Positions 17,028 through 25,764 of a stretch of DNA of 40,532 bases are shown piece after piece. The stretch covers positions 1 through 40,532 of the forward strand of contig JBAXJR010000020.1 of the NCBI GenBank assembly GCA_037137755.1, given 5' to 3'. The position numbers and the translations under genes were made by a program. Positions within the stretch are counted from its first letter, which is position 1. Each line of letters opens with the position of its first letter. This DNA is from Methanomicrobiales archaeon. Its GTDB lineage: Archaea; Halobacteriota; Methanomicrobia; Methanomicrobiales; Methanospirillaceae. The notes beneath the pieces were generated by a model, which searched no databases, was not told where the DNA came from, and saw nothing but the letters and a program-made list of their open reading frames with translations.

Positions 17028-17788
17028 TTTCCGGTTTCTATCCGTTGTGAATAGACACGTATCGCACGGAGCAGATCAATTTTCCGAAACATCGGCCAAT
17101 AGGGAGCTGAAAAATATACAGCACTTTCATGCCCGTTCGCAAGCCACGGCAGAAAATTGGAGGTCCTGCATTCATTTCCAGTCCGGATAATAAGATCCAC
17201 AGGGGGTAAATCACTCCCATCGTGGAGATGTGATTCAACCATTGAACGTGTAATATCTTCTGGATTACAGGTGCCGTCCCTTATTTTTGTTAGGATTCGC
17301 CGTGCTGCATGAAGGATCTCATTCCTGCCCCCGTATGCCAGGGCAATCGTTAAGAAAAAATCATTATTCTCTTTTGTGGCCTCTTCAACAATCTCGATCA
17401 CCGCTTTTAAATCATCTGGCAGGAGGGTCCTGTCCCCGACCATCCTGACTCGGATCCGGTATTTTGACACCCGGTCATCGGTCAGGACACTTAAAAATTT
17501 CTCTTTAAAAAGTTTAAAGAGGGATTCAATTTCTATCGGGTCCCGGTTAAAATTTTCCGTTGAGAAGGAATAGAGGGTGATATGGGTGATCCCCAGTTCA
17601 TGCACCCAGTCAAGGACTTTTTCTGTGACGTCTGCTCCGGCCCGGTGCCCATCCGCTGTATCAAGACCTGAATTCCGGGCATATCTCCGGTTCCCGTCCT
17701 GGATAATAGCAATATGACGGGGTCTGTAAACACACTGGCGTGTGAGCTGGGCTTCGTACAGGGGTTCTAATGCAGATCTCAGGCTCAA
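16994..17788 (-). CDS. uppS: cis-prenyltransferase (polyprenyl diphosphate synthase), catalytic subunit
   Basis: HIAIIQDGNRRYA, YSFSTENFNR, AYGGRNEI, DLIIRTG..RTSNFLPW. Confidence 0.95.
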   Translation of the reverse strand: MSLRSALEPLYEAQLTRQCVYRPRHIAIIQDGNRRYARNSGLDTADGHRAGADVTEKVLDWVHELGITHITLYSFSTENFNRDPIEIESLFKLFKEKFLSVLTDDRVSKYRIRVRMVGDRTLLPDDLKAVIEIVEEATKENNDFFLTIALAYGGRNEILHAARRILTKIRDGTCNPEDITRSMVESHLHDGSDLPPVDLIIRTGNECRTSNFLPWLANGHESAVYFSAPYWPMFRKIDLLRAIRVYSQRIETGNYLPKRLTRDW

Positions 17789-18789
17789 ATTGGTGTCACC
17801 TCGACGATAATACCCCTGTCAGGGTACCGTTCAATAATAGAACAGTCCCCGGAGAGCGTTTCCGCATATGACCGGAGAATCCTCCATGACAGTTCAACAT
17901 GGTCACCCAGATCTTCGTAGGTTCCCGCCTTCAGGCGCTTAAGCCATTCGCGGTCTTTTTCATGGGGGGCGAGGTTGCCATAAATAATCGTCCCGTCACG
18001 GGTAACATGGTCAAAAGTTCGGGCAGTATTCCTTGCAACCCGGATTAACCTTTTTCTGAGCTGGACTGAATCCTTGAACGAGGAAGAACAAAAATGGACC
18101 TTGTCCTCCTTGCTGATTTGCGATGCCCATTCTCTTGCGCCCTCGATTGCGTTATGAAGACCATCTTCAAGCATATAGCTGCGTTCACGCATCCCATCAG
18201 CATTGTGATCCCCCCACTCCAGCTCGTTAATATTGAGGAAGTCAAGGAAGGGAAGTGCCGGGTTCAGGAGACCGACTTCGGGAAGTGCGGGTACTTCAAA
18301 CCCAATATCGAACCCCATCTCCTTGGCTTTTATGGCTGATACTACATACTCACTTGAAAGGACCTGGTCCCAAATCTCCACGGGTGGGTGAAGCCGGATT
18401 TCATCGACAATACCTGCCAGGCTTGTGAGCATGTCCTGGTCTGGTGCAATCCCGGTATAAAGGTGTATCTGGTGTTCCGGGCCGAATTCTTCTTTCAATC
18501 GTGAACAATAGGTAATTACCCTCTCCGGACGAGCGAGCGGTTCTCCACCAGTCACCCCGGTCCCGAGGGCACTCATGCGGTGTGCTACTTCAATTGCCTG
18601 CTCGGGGCAGTCCACCACACGCTCGTTGGCATAGGTCAGGTCTTTTCCTTTTCGTTCACCCGACAGCGGGCAATACCAACAGGTACGATGACAGATACCG
18701 GTAACAAAAAGAACCATTTTGGCTCCTTTTTCACAGATACGACAACCTCTGCTGAGATTACTTTTTATCTTATCCCGCCGTGGAGGAAT
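17785..18789 (-). CDS. Radical SAM protein (archaeal COG2108-like), probably ATT-initiated
   Basis: CxxxCxxC (CHRTCWYC), TGGEP, DEIRLHP, LNINELE. Coding-like sequence LSRGCRICEKGAK continues upstream of ATG 18717 to an ATT 5 nt after GGTGA. Confidence 0.85.
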   Translation of the reverse strand: MPPRRDKIKSNLSRGCRICEKGAKMVLFVTGICHRTCWYCPLSGERKGKDLTYANERVVDCPEQAIEVAHRMSALGTGVTGGEPLARPERVITYCSRLKEEFGPEHQIHLYTGIAPDQDMLTSLAGIVDEIRLHPPVEIWDQVLSSEYVVSAIKAKEMGFDIGFEVPALPEVGLLNPALPFLDFLNINELEWGDHNADGMRERSYMLEDGLHNAIEGAREWASQISKEDKVHFCSSSFKDSVQLRKRLIRVARNTARTFDHVTRDGTIIYGNLAPHEKDREWLKRLKAGTYEDLGDHVELSWRILRSYAETLSGDCSIIERYPDRGIIVEVTPI

Positions 18790-19053
18790 TTAGTTCACCA
18801 GCCTGTTATACAAATTACCCTGGGACAACCGTGTGCACCCCGAGAAACACTTACCTTATGGGTACTGAAATCAGGATCCATGACATATTCCGGTTTTAGT
18901 AGGAGGAATATCGCTAAGGACTTTACCTACACTATTATGAAAAGAGGATGATAATCGTTCGCCATCTGCTAATCATCAGGATTCTTTCCCGGGTTTTTAG
19001 TGGAATGAGGCAATCCTGAAAGATTAGTATATGCTAAGTTAATTGCCCCATTC

Positions 19054-20883
19054 TCAACCGGCAGCATGGTACATTGCAGGAATCTTCTCTGCGAAACTGG
19101 CTGTTGTGGATACATTCCCTAAATTGATCCGGTAGTTAGAAACATAAGATACTGGTGCCGGGACAAATGATTGTGTTGCGTTCCGGGTGGACGCCTGTGC
19201 AATGAGAGTCCGGGTGGCCAGATTCGTCTGATTAACAGAGCCTGTATTCGGGTAAATCCGGGCAACGCTACTTTTCACCGAAATTGGGGGCCGGGTAAGA
19301 TTCTTAAGGTATTGCCAACCTGTGGAAGTGGGTTTCGTTGCAGTGACTGAGGTTGAACCGGAATTTGTGAAGGCCTTTAAGCAAACATTCGTGTTCGGTT
19401 GGGACAGGGTAAGATCGCTCCACCCTGCACCATTGCTGCTTATAAAACTCTGACCTGAGGAAGCTGTTGCTTCCGAGGAATACCCGTCTATTGGCAATTC
19501 TATCGCAACAGGTGTAGTCCATCCGGCGGATACTACCTTGACAGCGACTGAGAACCGATCACCCTTTTTAAGACTGACCTGATTATCGAGACGGATAGTA
19601 TGGTACCCGGGAAGACTGATAGTCCCGTTCTGTTCTGATACATAACCACTGGAACTAACCGGTCCGGTATCCGGGTTCAGGAACACTTTTACCTCATATT
19701 CGGTATTCGTTGCCGATGTATAGAATCCAACTGCCTTCAACTGTTCATTTCCAACCGAGGTGAAAACATTTGCATAGTATGCGGTATCACTACCGAACCC
19801 GAAATTTGCGACCCAGCCTAGTGGATCGTACTGGTATACCCGCGAATAGTTATTTGGTGACTCGGCAGTAAACATCGCATTGTCCCTGCCAATACGGGTA
19901 TCGTAATATGAGATATAGAAATACCCTGCATCCCCCCACGTCGAGCCCCAGCTGTTTCTTGCGATAAATGCGCCGTTACCAGGGGGAGGGTTATCAAAAT
20001 TACCGGATGAATAACCGTCGTCCCACCCTACGATATCAATTGCATGATTAAATCCGCCAGACCCTGAATAGTAATATGACGCGGTACGTTGTGAATAGGA
20101 GGAGGCTTCATACCGTAATGTAGAATATACCGCACCATATTGTCTGACCGCGGATTTAATCAGGTCGTTGTCCAGTGGTTCTCTCCGGGTAGGAATGAAA
20201 AATACTTCCTGGACATGTTTTTCAACAGGGGCACCGGATGGTGAAATTGAATTGCCATAAGAATACGGGTCGGCGGTCTCGGACACCGGACCTGACCATC
20301 TGGTAAGATATGCAGTTGCCATAAAATCATTGCCACCCAGGTTAATGGGGACACCGAACCCGTGCAGGTTTTTTTCATTATTCTCAGAAAAATCATACCG
20401 TTCCCCTGGCAACAGTGATGATTCAAGCGATCCAATCGATGCAAATGCCCAACAATTCCCATCCTGCCCCTGGTTTCTAATTGGGCTAAGTTTCCCTAGT
20501 GTACGGAGATCATAGCGGTCAGAACTCGCGGCGGCGACTACTAAAGTACCAGTAGGTTGCACACTCCCCGCACTTCTCTGCAAAACATAACCGACAACTT
20601 CAGGACCATTAATGCTGTTGCCCCAGTTAGCAGAATCGGATGCCCCGGACAGGTCAACCGGTGCAGGGATCAGCCCAAGCCCGTGCCCTCCCTGGTTTTC
20701 ATACGGTTCAGCTGACCGGGTATGTAACCAGTTATTATAGGCAGAACTAAAAGGCGCAATACAGGTATAATCCGCCTTTACCATCACAGGAAGTGCCGGT
20801 GCAGCACTGGCTGTAAATGCACACGAAAATCCTGCAAGGAGGATGGTGATTAGAAATAATGATAGTGTTGCACGAATTTTCAT
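19054..20883 (-). CDS. Secreted papain-family (C1A) cysteine protease with lectin-like C-terminal domain and Ser/Thr-rich tail
   Basis: Signal peptide, YDLR...PIRNQGQDGNCWAF (Gln, Cys), NHAIDIVGWDD (His), RNSWG..WGDAGYFYISY (Asn). Confidence 0.93.
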   Translation of the reverse strand: MKIRATLSLFLITILLAGFSCAFTASAAPALPVMVKADYTCIAPFSSAYNNWLHTRSAEPYENQGGHGLGLIPAPVDLSGASDSANWGNSINGPEVVGYVLQRSAGSVQPTGTLVVAAASSDRYDLRTLGKLSPIRNQGQDGNCWAFASIGSLESSLLPGERYDFSENNEKNLHGFGVPINLGGNDFMATAYLTRWSGPVSETADPYSYGNSISPSGAPVEKHVQEVFFIPTRREPLDNDLIKSAVRQYGAVYSTLRYEASSYSQRTASYYYSGSGGFNHAIDIVGWDDGYSSGNFDNPPPGNGAFIARNSWGSTWGDAGYFYISYYDTRIGRDNAMFTAESPNNYSRVYQYDPLGWVANFGFGSDTAYYANVFTSVGNEQLKAVGFYTSATNTEYEVKVFLNPDTGPVSSSGYVSEQNGTISLPGYHTIRLDNQVSLKKGDRFSVAVKVVSAGWTTPVAIELPIDGYSSEATASSGQSFISSNGAGWSDLTLSQPNTNVCLKAFTNSGSTSVTATKPTSTGWQYLKNLTRPPISVKSSVARIYPNTGSVNQTNLATRTLIAQASTRNATQSFVPAPVSYVSNYRINLGNVSTTASFAEKIPAMYHAAG

Positions 20884-21090
20884 AGATACCTCTTTTCCCT
20901 TTTTTTTGTTACCATATAACCACGATTTGTATTGATAAATCTGGAATTTCCCGTTTCTGTGTAATAAAGATTGAATATATAATGATATTATACCCGAAGG
21001 AATTGACAGAACCAGGAGGTTATAGTATCGACCGATAAGGTACGAACATCCAGTTAAATCTCAATCCGGACTCTTTCACACCGGAAAAAA

Positions 21091-22113
21091 TTAGTTGATG
21101 GTATTCTTCCGAATCTTTGATGCGGCCAGTTTTTCGATTGCACCCTGATCAACCTCCCGGGATATAACCAAGTCACCGGCCTGGACTGCATTCTCAAGGA
21201 ATGACTTTCCAACAAGGTTTCTTACAATCAGGGTGGTGTACCCTTCAGGGCTCCCGACAGAGCCTGCGGAAATATCAGAGAAGAGCGCGGTTGTATCAGT
21301 GCAATGATGGCATCCTGTCCGGACAGCGTCATCAAGTTCTTTCATAGGGAATGAAAAAGTGCTCCCGTCTTTCATAGTCACTTCGAGTTTTCCCCGGATA
21401 TCGAGTTTCTTAATTTCCCACGTGGCAATATTGTGCTCTGATTTGAGCTTGTTCCCCATTAGTGCCTCATAGTCAAAACTTTCAGTACAAAATAACCCGA
21501 TGACCAGCCTGATGGAGCGGGCGTACGGTTTTAGCAGGTCATTTTCAGAGGACCTTATCCTCGATATAGCCTGCACAGCGCACGGTACTCCGACAATTGC
21601 AATTTTACTGTATTTCCGGTTGACAACCGCAGTTTTTAGTGCCGCAAGAAAAGGAACCCACCAGCTGTACCGGCTCCCGGCCTCGTGTAACAATTGTTCA
21701 CGGGAAGTAATAACGACTGATACGGGCCGCATTGTAAACCGGTCTTCACCAATGGTGACAATGGCATCAATCATCCCGGTATCAAGTGCATGCGCAAGAA
21801 TTCCAGTCACCGCTCCACCGCTTTGTCTTCTGGGTATATCCCTGGTTGTTTTCGCTGCGATAAGGTCAATATAATTCCCAAGCGTTTCTGTAGCCTGGGG
21901 AACGGTCCTGGGACATACTGCGTAACACGCACCGCAGGCTACACCGTCGGTTGCCTGTTTACAATATCCGGACTGTACAGGGGTTGAAGTATCGCCATTT
22001 TCACAGAAGGTAATTGAATCGGCCGGGCATACTGCGACACAGCCACCACATCCCGAACAGCTCCCGGTTTCCCATACTTCTTTTTTTAAGTCCTGGTATG
22101 TTTTCTGTTCCAT
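21091..22113 (-). CDS. FrhB-family (F420-binding) subunit with ferredoxin domain, putative F420-dependent glutamate synthase subunit
   Basis: CSGCGGCVAVCP, CGACYAVCP, QSGGAVT, GSRY, VGVPC, IGLFCTESF, GCHHCTD...DISAGSVG. Last gene of the glt operon; start set at ATG 22113. Confidence 0.88.
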   Translation of the reverse strand: MEQKTYQDLKKEVWETGSCSGCGGCVAVCPADSITFCENGDTSTPVQSGYCKQATDGVACGACYAVCPRTVPQATETLGNYIDLIAAKTTRDIPRRQSGGAVTGILAHALDTGMIDAIVTIGEDRFTMRPVSVVITSREQLLHEAGSRYSWWVPFLAALKTAVVNRKYSKIAIVGVPCAVQAISRIRSSENDLLKPYARSIRLVIGLFCTESFDYEALMGNKLKSEHNIATWEIKKLDIRGKLEVTMKDGSTFSFPMKELDDAVRTGCHHCTDTTALFSDISAGSVGSPEGYTTLIVRNLVGKSFLENAVQAGDLVISREVDQGAIEKLAASKIRKNTIN

Positions 22114-22121
22114 TACCACCA

Positions 22122-22871
22122 CTACTCCCATGTATACTTATTCGCGAATGGCCGGGCACTAGCCGGGGATATACGCGTGTAATCAGAGTTTAGAAAAGGA
22201 GCGGTATCAATTCCGAATTTTTTTGCGAACTCATGGATCAACGGGGTTATCCGGGTAATTTCCTCTCTGGTACACGGATCTTTCTTTGTTCCAACCCCGA
22301 GACAATCATCGCCGATCTCGCCCCTGATAATGATCTCTCCCCCATGGATGCCGCTCCCGATACCTCGTTCATCGTTCATCGAATCCGGGAACCGGCGGAG
22401 CACAAGGATGAGGCCCCCTGCCATGTATTCACCGAGGAACGACCGAGCCGAACCACCGAGTACCAGTACCGGGCACTTGTCAAGGTATTGCTTCATGTGG
22501 ATGCCGCCCCGGTAACCGATAGTATCACGGACAAATACTTTTCCACCCCGCATACTATGGGCAACTGCATCACCTGCACTTCCGTGGATGGCAATAGAAC
22601 CTGCATCCATCGTATTACCTGGTGCATGGTCAGCATTCCCATGCAACGTAATATCAGGCCCGCTCATGAACATCCCGAGGTCACCCCCGGCCACACCATG
22701 GAGTATCAGTGATACTTGGCCTTTTAAGCCATCAGCGATGAATCGCTGCCCCATAATGTTTCTGATGGTGATCTCCTTTGCCCCATCAAGTACGGCTTTC
22801 CTGATCTGCTGGTTTAACGGGGTATAATGGAGCTCTTTTGCATCGATCTCGACAGTTTTCATTCGGTTCAC
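22122..22871 (-). CDS. gltB3: Glutamate synthase GXGXG (domain 3) subunit
   Basis: GQRFIADG, GDLGMFMSG, PGNTMDAG, AHSMRGG, GYRGGIHMK, FLGEYMAGG beta-helix repeats. Confidence 0.88.
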   Translation of the reverse strand: MNRMKTVEIDAKELHYTPLNQQIRKAVLDGAKEITIRNIMGQRFIADGLKGQVSLILHGVAGGDLGMFMSGPDITLHGNADHAPGNTMDAGSIAIHGSAGDAVAHSMRGGKVFVRDTIGYRGGIHMKQYLDKCPVLVLGGSARSFLGEYMAGGLILVLRRFPDSMNDERGIGSGIHGGEIIIRGEIGDDCLGVGTKKDPCTREEITRITPLIHEFAKKFGIDTAPFLNSDYTRISPASARPFANKYTWE

Positions 22872-24379
22872 GCACCCACGGATTTCACATCAAGCACGGT
22901 CATAAGCGCTTCATCAAGCATGTAACTTCTCAAACGGTCCCTGTTACCCCGGAGACTCTCGATACTGTTGATTCCTGCGGCCCCCATCAACTCAGCCAGT
23001 TCATCAGTCCAGCCATGGATGAGATTGACTACCTGTTTTGAACCGATCTCAGGGTCGAGCCGGCTCACTAAATCAGGCCGCTGTGTCGCAATCCCCCATG
23101 CACAGACACCACGGTTGCAGGTCCCACATACCCGGCATCCAAGGGCAATAAGCGCAGCAGTGCCGATATAAACCGCATCTGCCCCGAGTGCAATGATTTT
23201 CGCGACATCTGCACTCTCACGGATCCCCCCACTCGCGATAATTGATACCTCATTCCGGATACCCTGCTGGCGAAGTTTTGCATCGACACTAGCAATAGCT
23301 GCTTCCACCGGTATCCCCACATGGTCCCGGAACACCCGTGGTGCAGCACCAGTACCACCACGGAAACCATCGATAACAATTGCATCTGCTGATGACCTGG
23401 CGATACCTGCTGCTATGGCGGCTGAATTATGGACCGCGGCGATTTTGACAAAGACCGGTTTTTTCCACTCGGTTGCTTCCTTTAAACCCCGGACAAGTTG
23501 CTTGAGGTCTTCGATACTGTAAATATCATGATGGGGGGCCGGGCTGATTGCGTCGCTTCCTTCCGGGATCATACGGGTAACGGAGACCTCCTTATTGACT
23601 TTTTCTCCTGGGAGGTGGCCACCTATCCCTGGTTTTGCTCCCTGGCCGATTTTTATTTCTATTGCAGCGCCACGTTCAAGGTAATTGATATCCACACCAA
23701 ACCGGCCCGAAGCAACCTGCACAATCATGTTGCTCTGGTAGGGGTAGAGGCTCTCATGGAGCCCACCTTCACCGGTTCCCATGAAGGTCCCGATTTCGCT
23801 CACCGCTTTTGCAAGGCTGGTCTGGGCATTGAGGCTGATTGCACCATAACTCATATGCCCGATCATAATCGGGGTCTCTAATTTGAGATTCGGAACGAGG
23901 GTCGACATAAGCTCGACATCCCTGTTTTCTCTGGTTAGTAGATCGAGATGTGACGGTTTCTTACCCAGGTATGTCCGTAACTCCATAGGTTCGCGGAGGG
24001 GGTCGATACTTGGGTTCGTCACCTGGCATGCATCCAGTACGAGTCGATCGAAGATCACCGGGTACGGGAGGGCATTGCCCATCCCGGCAACAATAATTTT
24101 TCCTGTACGTGCCTGGTTGAAAATCGCTTCTTTCACCTCGGTCGTCCAGAGTGGGTGGCTCCTGTAGTCAACAGGTCTCTCCTCGATAGATATCGCGTCC
24201 CGCGGGCACATTGCAAGACACCGGTGACACGCAACACAATGCCTGGGATTTACCCGGACAACGCCGTTCTCCATCCGGAATACACCGTAGGAACAGTTCT
24301 CCACACAACGTGCACAGGCCATACACTGCTCCTGGTCAATACTCACCCGGAATTTCATCGGTACAGTGCCGATGCTCAT
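22868..24379 (-). CDS. gltB2: Glutamate synthase FMN-binding subunit with N-terminal 2[4Fe-4S]
   Basis: Two CxxCxxCxxxC motifs, MSYGAIS, TGEGG, QVASGRFGV, EIKIGQGAKPGIGGHLPGEKV, ISPAPHHDIYSIEDL, CRVCGTCNRGVCAWGIATQ. Confidence 0.95.
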   Translation of the reverse strand: MSIGTVPMKFRVSIDQEQCMACARCVENCSYGVFRMENGVVRVNPRHCVACHRCLAMCPRDAISIEERPVDYRSHPLWTTEVKEAIFNQARTGKIIVAGMGNALPYPVIFDRLVLDACQVTNPSIDPLREPMELRTYLGKKPSHLDLLTRENRDVELMSTLVPNLKLETPIMIGHMSYGAISLNAQTSLAKAVSEIGTFMGTGEGGLHESLYPYQSNMIVQVASGRFGVDINYLERGAAIEIKIGQGAKPGIGGHLPGEKVNKEVSVTRMIPEGSDAISPAPHHDIYSIEDLKQLVRGLKEATEWKKPVFVKIAAVHNSAAIAAGIARSSADAIVIDGFRGGTGAAPRVFRDHVGIPVEAAIASVDAKLRQQGIRNEVSIIASGGIRESADVAKIIALGADAVYIGTAALIALGCRVCGTCNRGVCAWGIATQRPDLVSRLDPEIGSKQVVNLIHGWTDELAELMGAAGINSIESLRGNRDRLRSYMLDEALMTVLDVKSVGA

Positions 24380-25428
24380 GCGATCAGCCTCCCGATTACG
24401 GGCGATCCTGCCCTTGGCATTATAATACGTTCAACATCAGGTTCCATTGTCCTGATTGCCGCTTCTTCACTGGATATATATAACCTGTTGCCATATTCCC
24501 CGGAAACAAGCGGGCGTAGTTTTATCCTGTCCGTGAACCCGACTATTGAGTTTTCATTTGCCACAACAATTGCAAACGGGCCGTTCATAAGCGCCGGACC
24601 ATAGGTCAGTCGTATCGCGGTATGAAGCAGGCGTTCCTTTTCAGGCATGCGATCAATTTCATCCCAGAACGGGGGTGCCAGAGCCTTTACCGCCATTTCA
24701 GCAGATAAACCGTGTCTGCGGACGAGAAGGTCAACAAGGTATGCGACCACTTCGGTATCGGTGAACATCGTGCATTGGTACCCATAGCTTTCAATATAGC
24801 GCCGGTTGGTACCGTACGAGGTAATTTCACCATTATGGACGACACTCCAGTTCAGGAGATTGAACGGGTGAGCACCTCCCCACCATCCGGGTGTATTCGT
24901 CGGGTACCGGTTATGGCCAAGCCAGATGTAGCCTTTATACTCATGAATTTTATAAAAATCGGCTACATCCTCCGGCCATCCGGAAGCCTTGAATACACCG
25001 ATATTTTTGCCGGAAGAAAAAATCAGGACGCCAGGCATCGTCGTATTCACTTTCATGACAATATGGGTCACGATATCTTCTTCGGGTGCGGTACTGCGGG
25101 GCATCAGTGTTGCATCAGGTTTGAAGAAATACCTCCAGGGTGTGTGGACTTTCCTGATCTTTGCGTGGTCACTAGTGGGAATCTCTTCATCGTGGACAAC
25201 CGTCCCCCATTCAGATAGCAGGCTGTCAACAGAACCTTTGGATTCATGAATATTGTCAAAAAAAACATGAATCGCATAGTAATTCTTAAACTCGGGGAAC
25301 ACGCCGTATGCTACATAACCTGCCCCCTCACCGCTGCCCCGTTCGTCCATTCTGGAGAGGGCCTGCCTGATTGAGGTCCCATCCATCAATTCGCGTTTCC
25401 TGTCAATTACACCAATTATGCCACACAT
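24376..25428 (-). CDS. gltB1: Glutamate synthase glutamine amidotransferase (class II) subunit
   Basis: MCGIIG (Ntn Cys), ERGSGEGAG, HNRYPTNT...GAHPF, HNGEI, TDTEV, DRIKLRP. The start must be ATG 25428 to expose Cys1. Confidence 0.93.
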   Translation of the reverse strand: MCGIIGVIDRKRELMDGTSIRQALSRMDERGSGEGAGYVAYGVFPEFKNYYAIHVFFDNIHESKGSVDSLLSEWGTVVHDEEIPTSDHAKIRKVHTPWRYFFKPDATLMPRSTAPEEDIVTHIVMKVNTTMPGVLIFSSGKNIGVFKASGWPEDVADFYKIHEYKGYIWLGHNRYPTNTPGWWGGAHPFNLLNWSVVHNGEITSYGTNRRYIESYGYQCTMFTDTEVVAYLVDLLVRRHGLSAEMAVKALAPPFWDEIDRMPEKERLLHTAIRLTYGPALMNGPFAIVVANENSIVGFTDRIKLRPLVSGEYGNRLYISSEEAAIRTMEPDVERIIMPRAGSPVIGRLIA

Positions 25429-25617
25429 TGTTACCACGTTACGCCCTGCTGGCTGATTATTATAGGGTTGACTATAATTTGATTTGCTCGTTGATAAATC
25501 TCATAGATAGGGTGCAGTTTACTTCCATCGAGTTACTACTCATATGTATCGGATTTTTAGGTGCAGGGATTGGATTTGTGCATCAGATAGGCTTCATTTA
25601 CTATAACTGCCAGAGAT

Positions 25618-25631
25618 GGAAATATCCTTCC
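25618..25631. promoter_or_regulatory. NrpR-type nitrogen operator GGAA-N6-TTCC
   Basis: GGAAATATCCTTCC, a perfect match between the divergent glt operon and glnA, next to a minus-strand TTTTAAA (25641-25635). Confidence 0.8.
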
Positions 25632-25764
25632 ACCTTTAAAATCTACCAATTTGAAAAAATACGATTGTATTATAGCCTGTTTCTAAAAATAGTCAATATT
25701 ATTTGTTAATGGTTGGAAAGCAAGGTAAGTAAATATAAATAATGTCAGTGTTTAGTTATTCATA

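Noticed and set aside
18580-18951. 123-aa plus-strand ORF, and the many other 60-210 aa ORFs antisense or out of frame to assigned genes (e.g. 2941-3522, 25752-26183, 32198-32830, 39215-39859)
   Set aside because: Shadow ORFs of well-supported genes, with no motifs or RBS.
11032-22124. Pyrrolysine read-through at the TAG stops at 11034 and 22122
   Set aside because: No pyl genes or methylamine methyltransferases. gltB3 is full length at its TAG, and no homologous continuation follows 11034.
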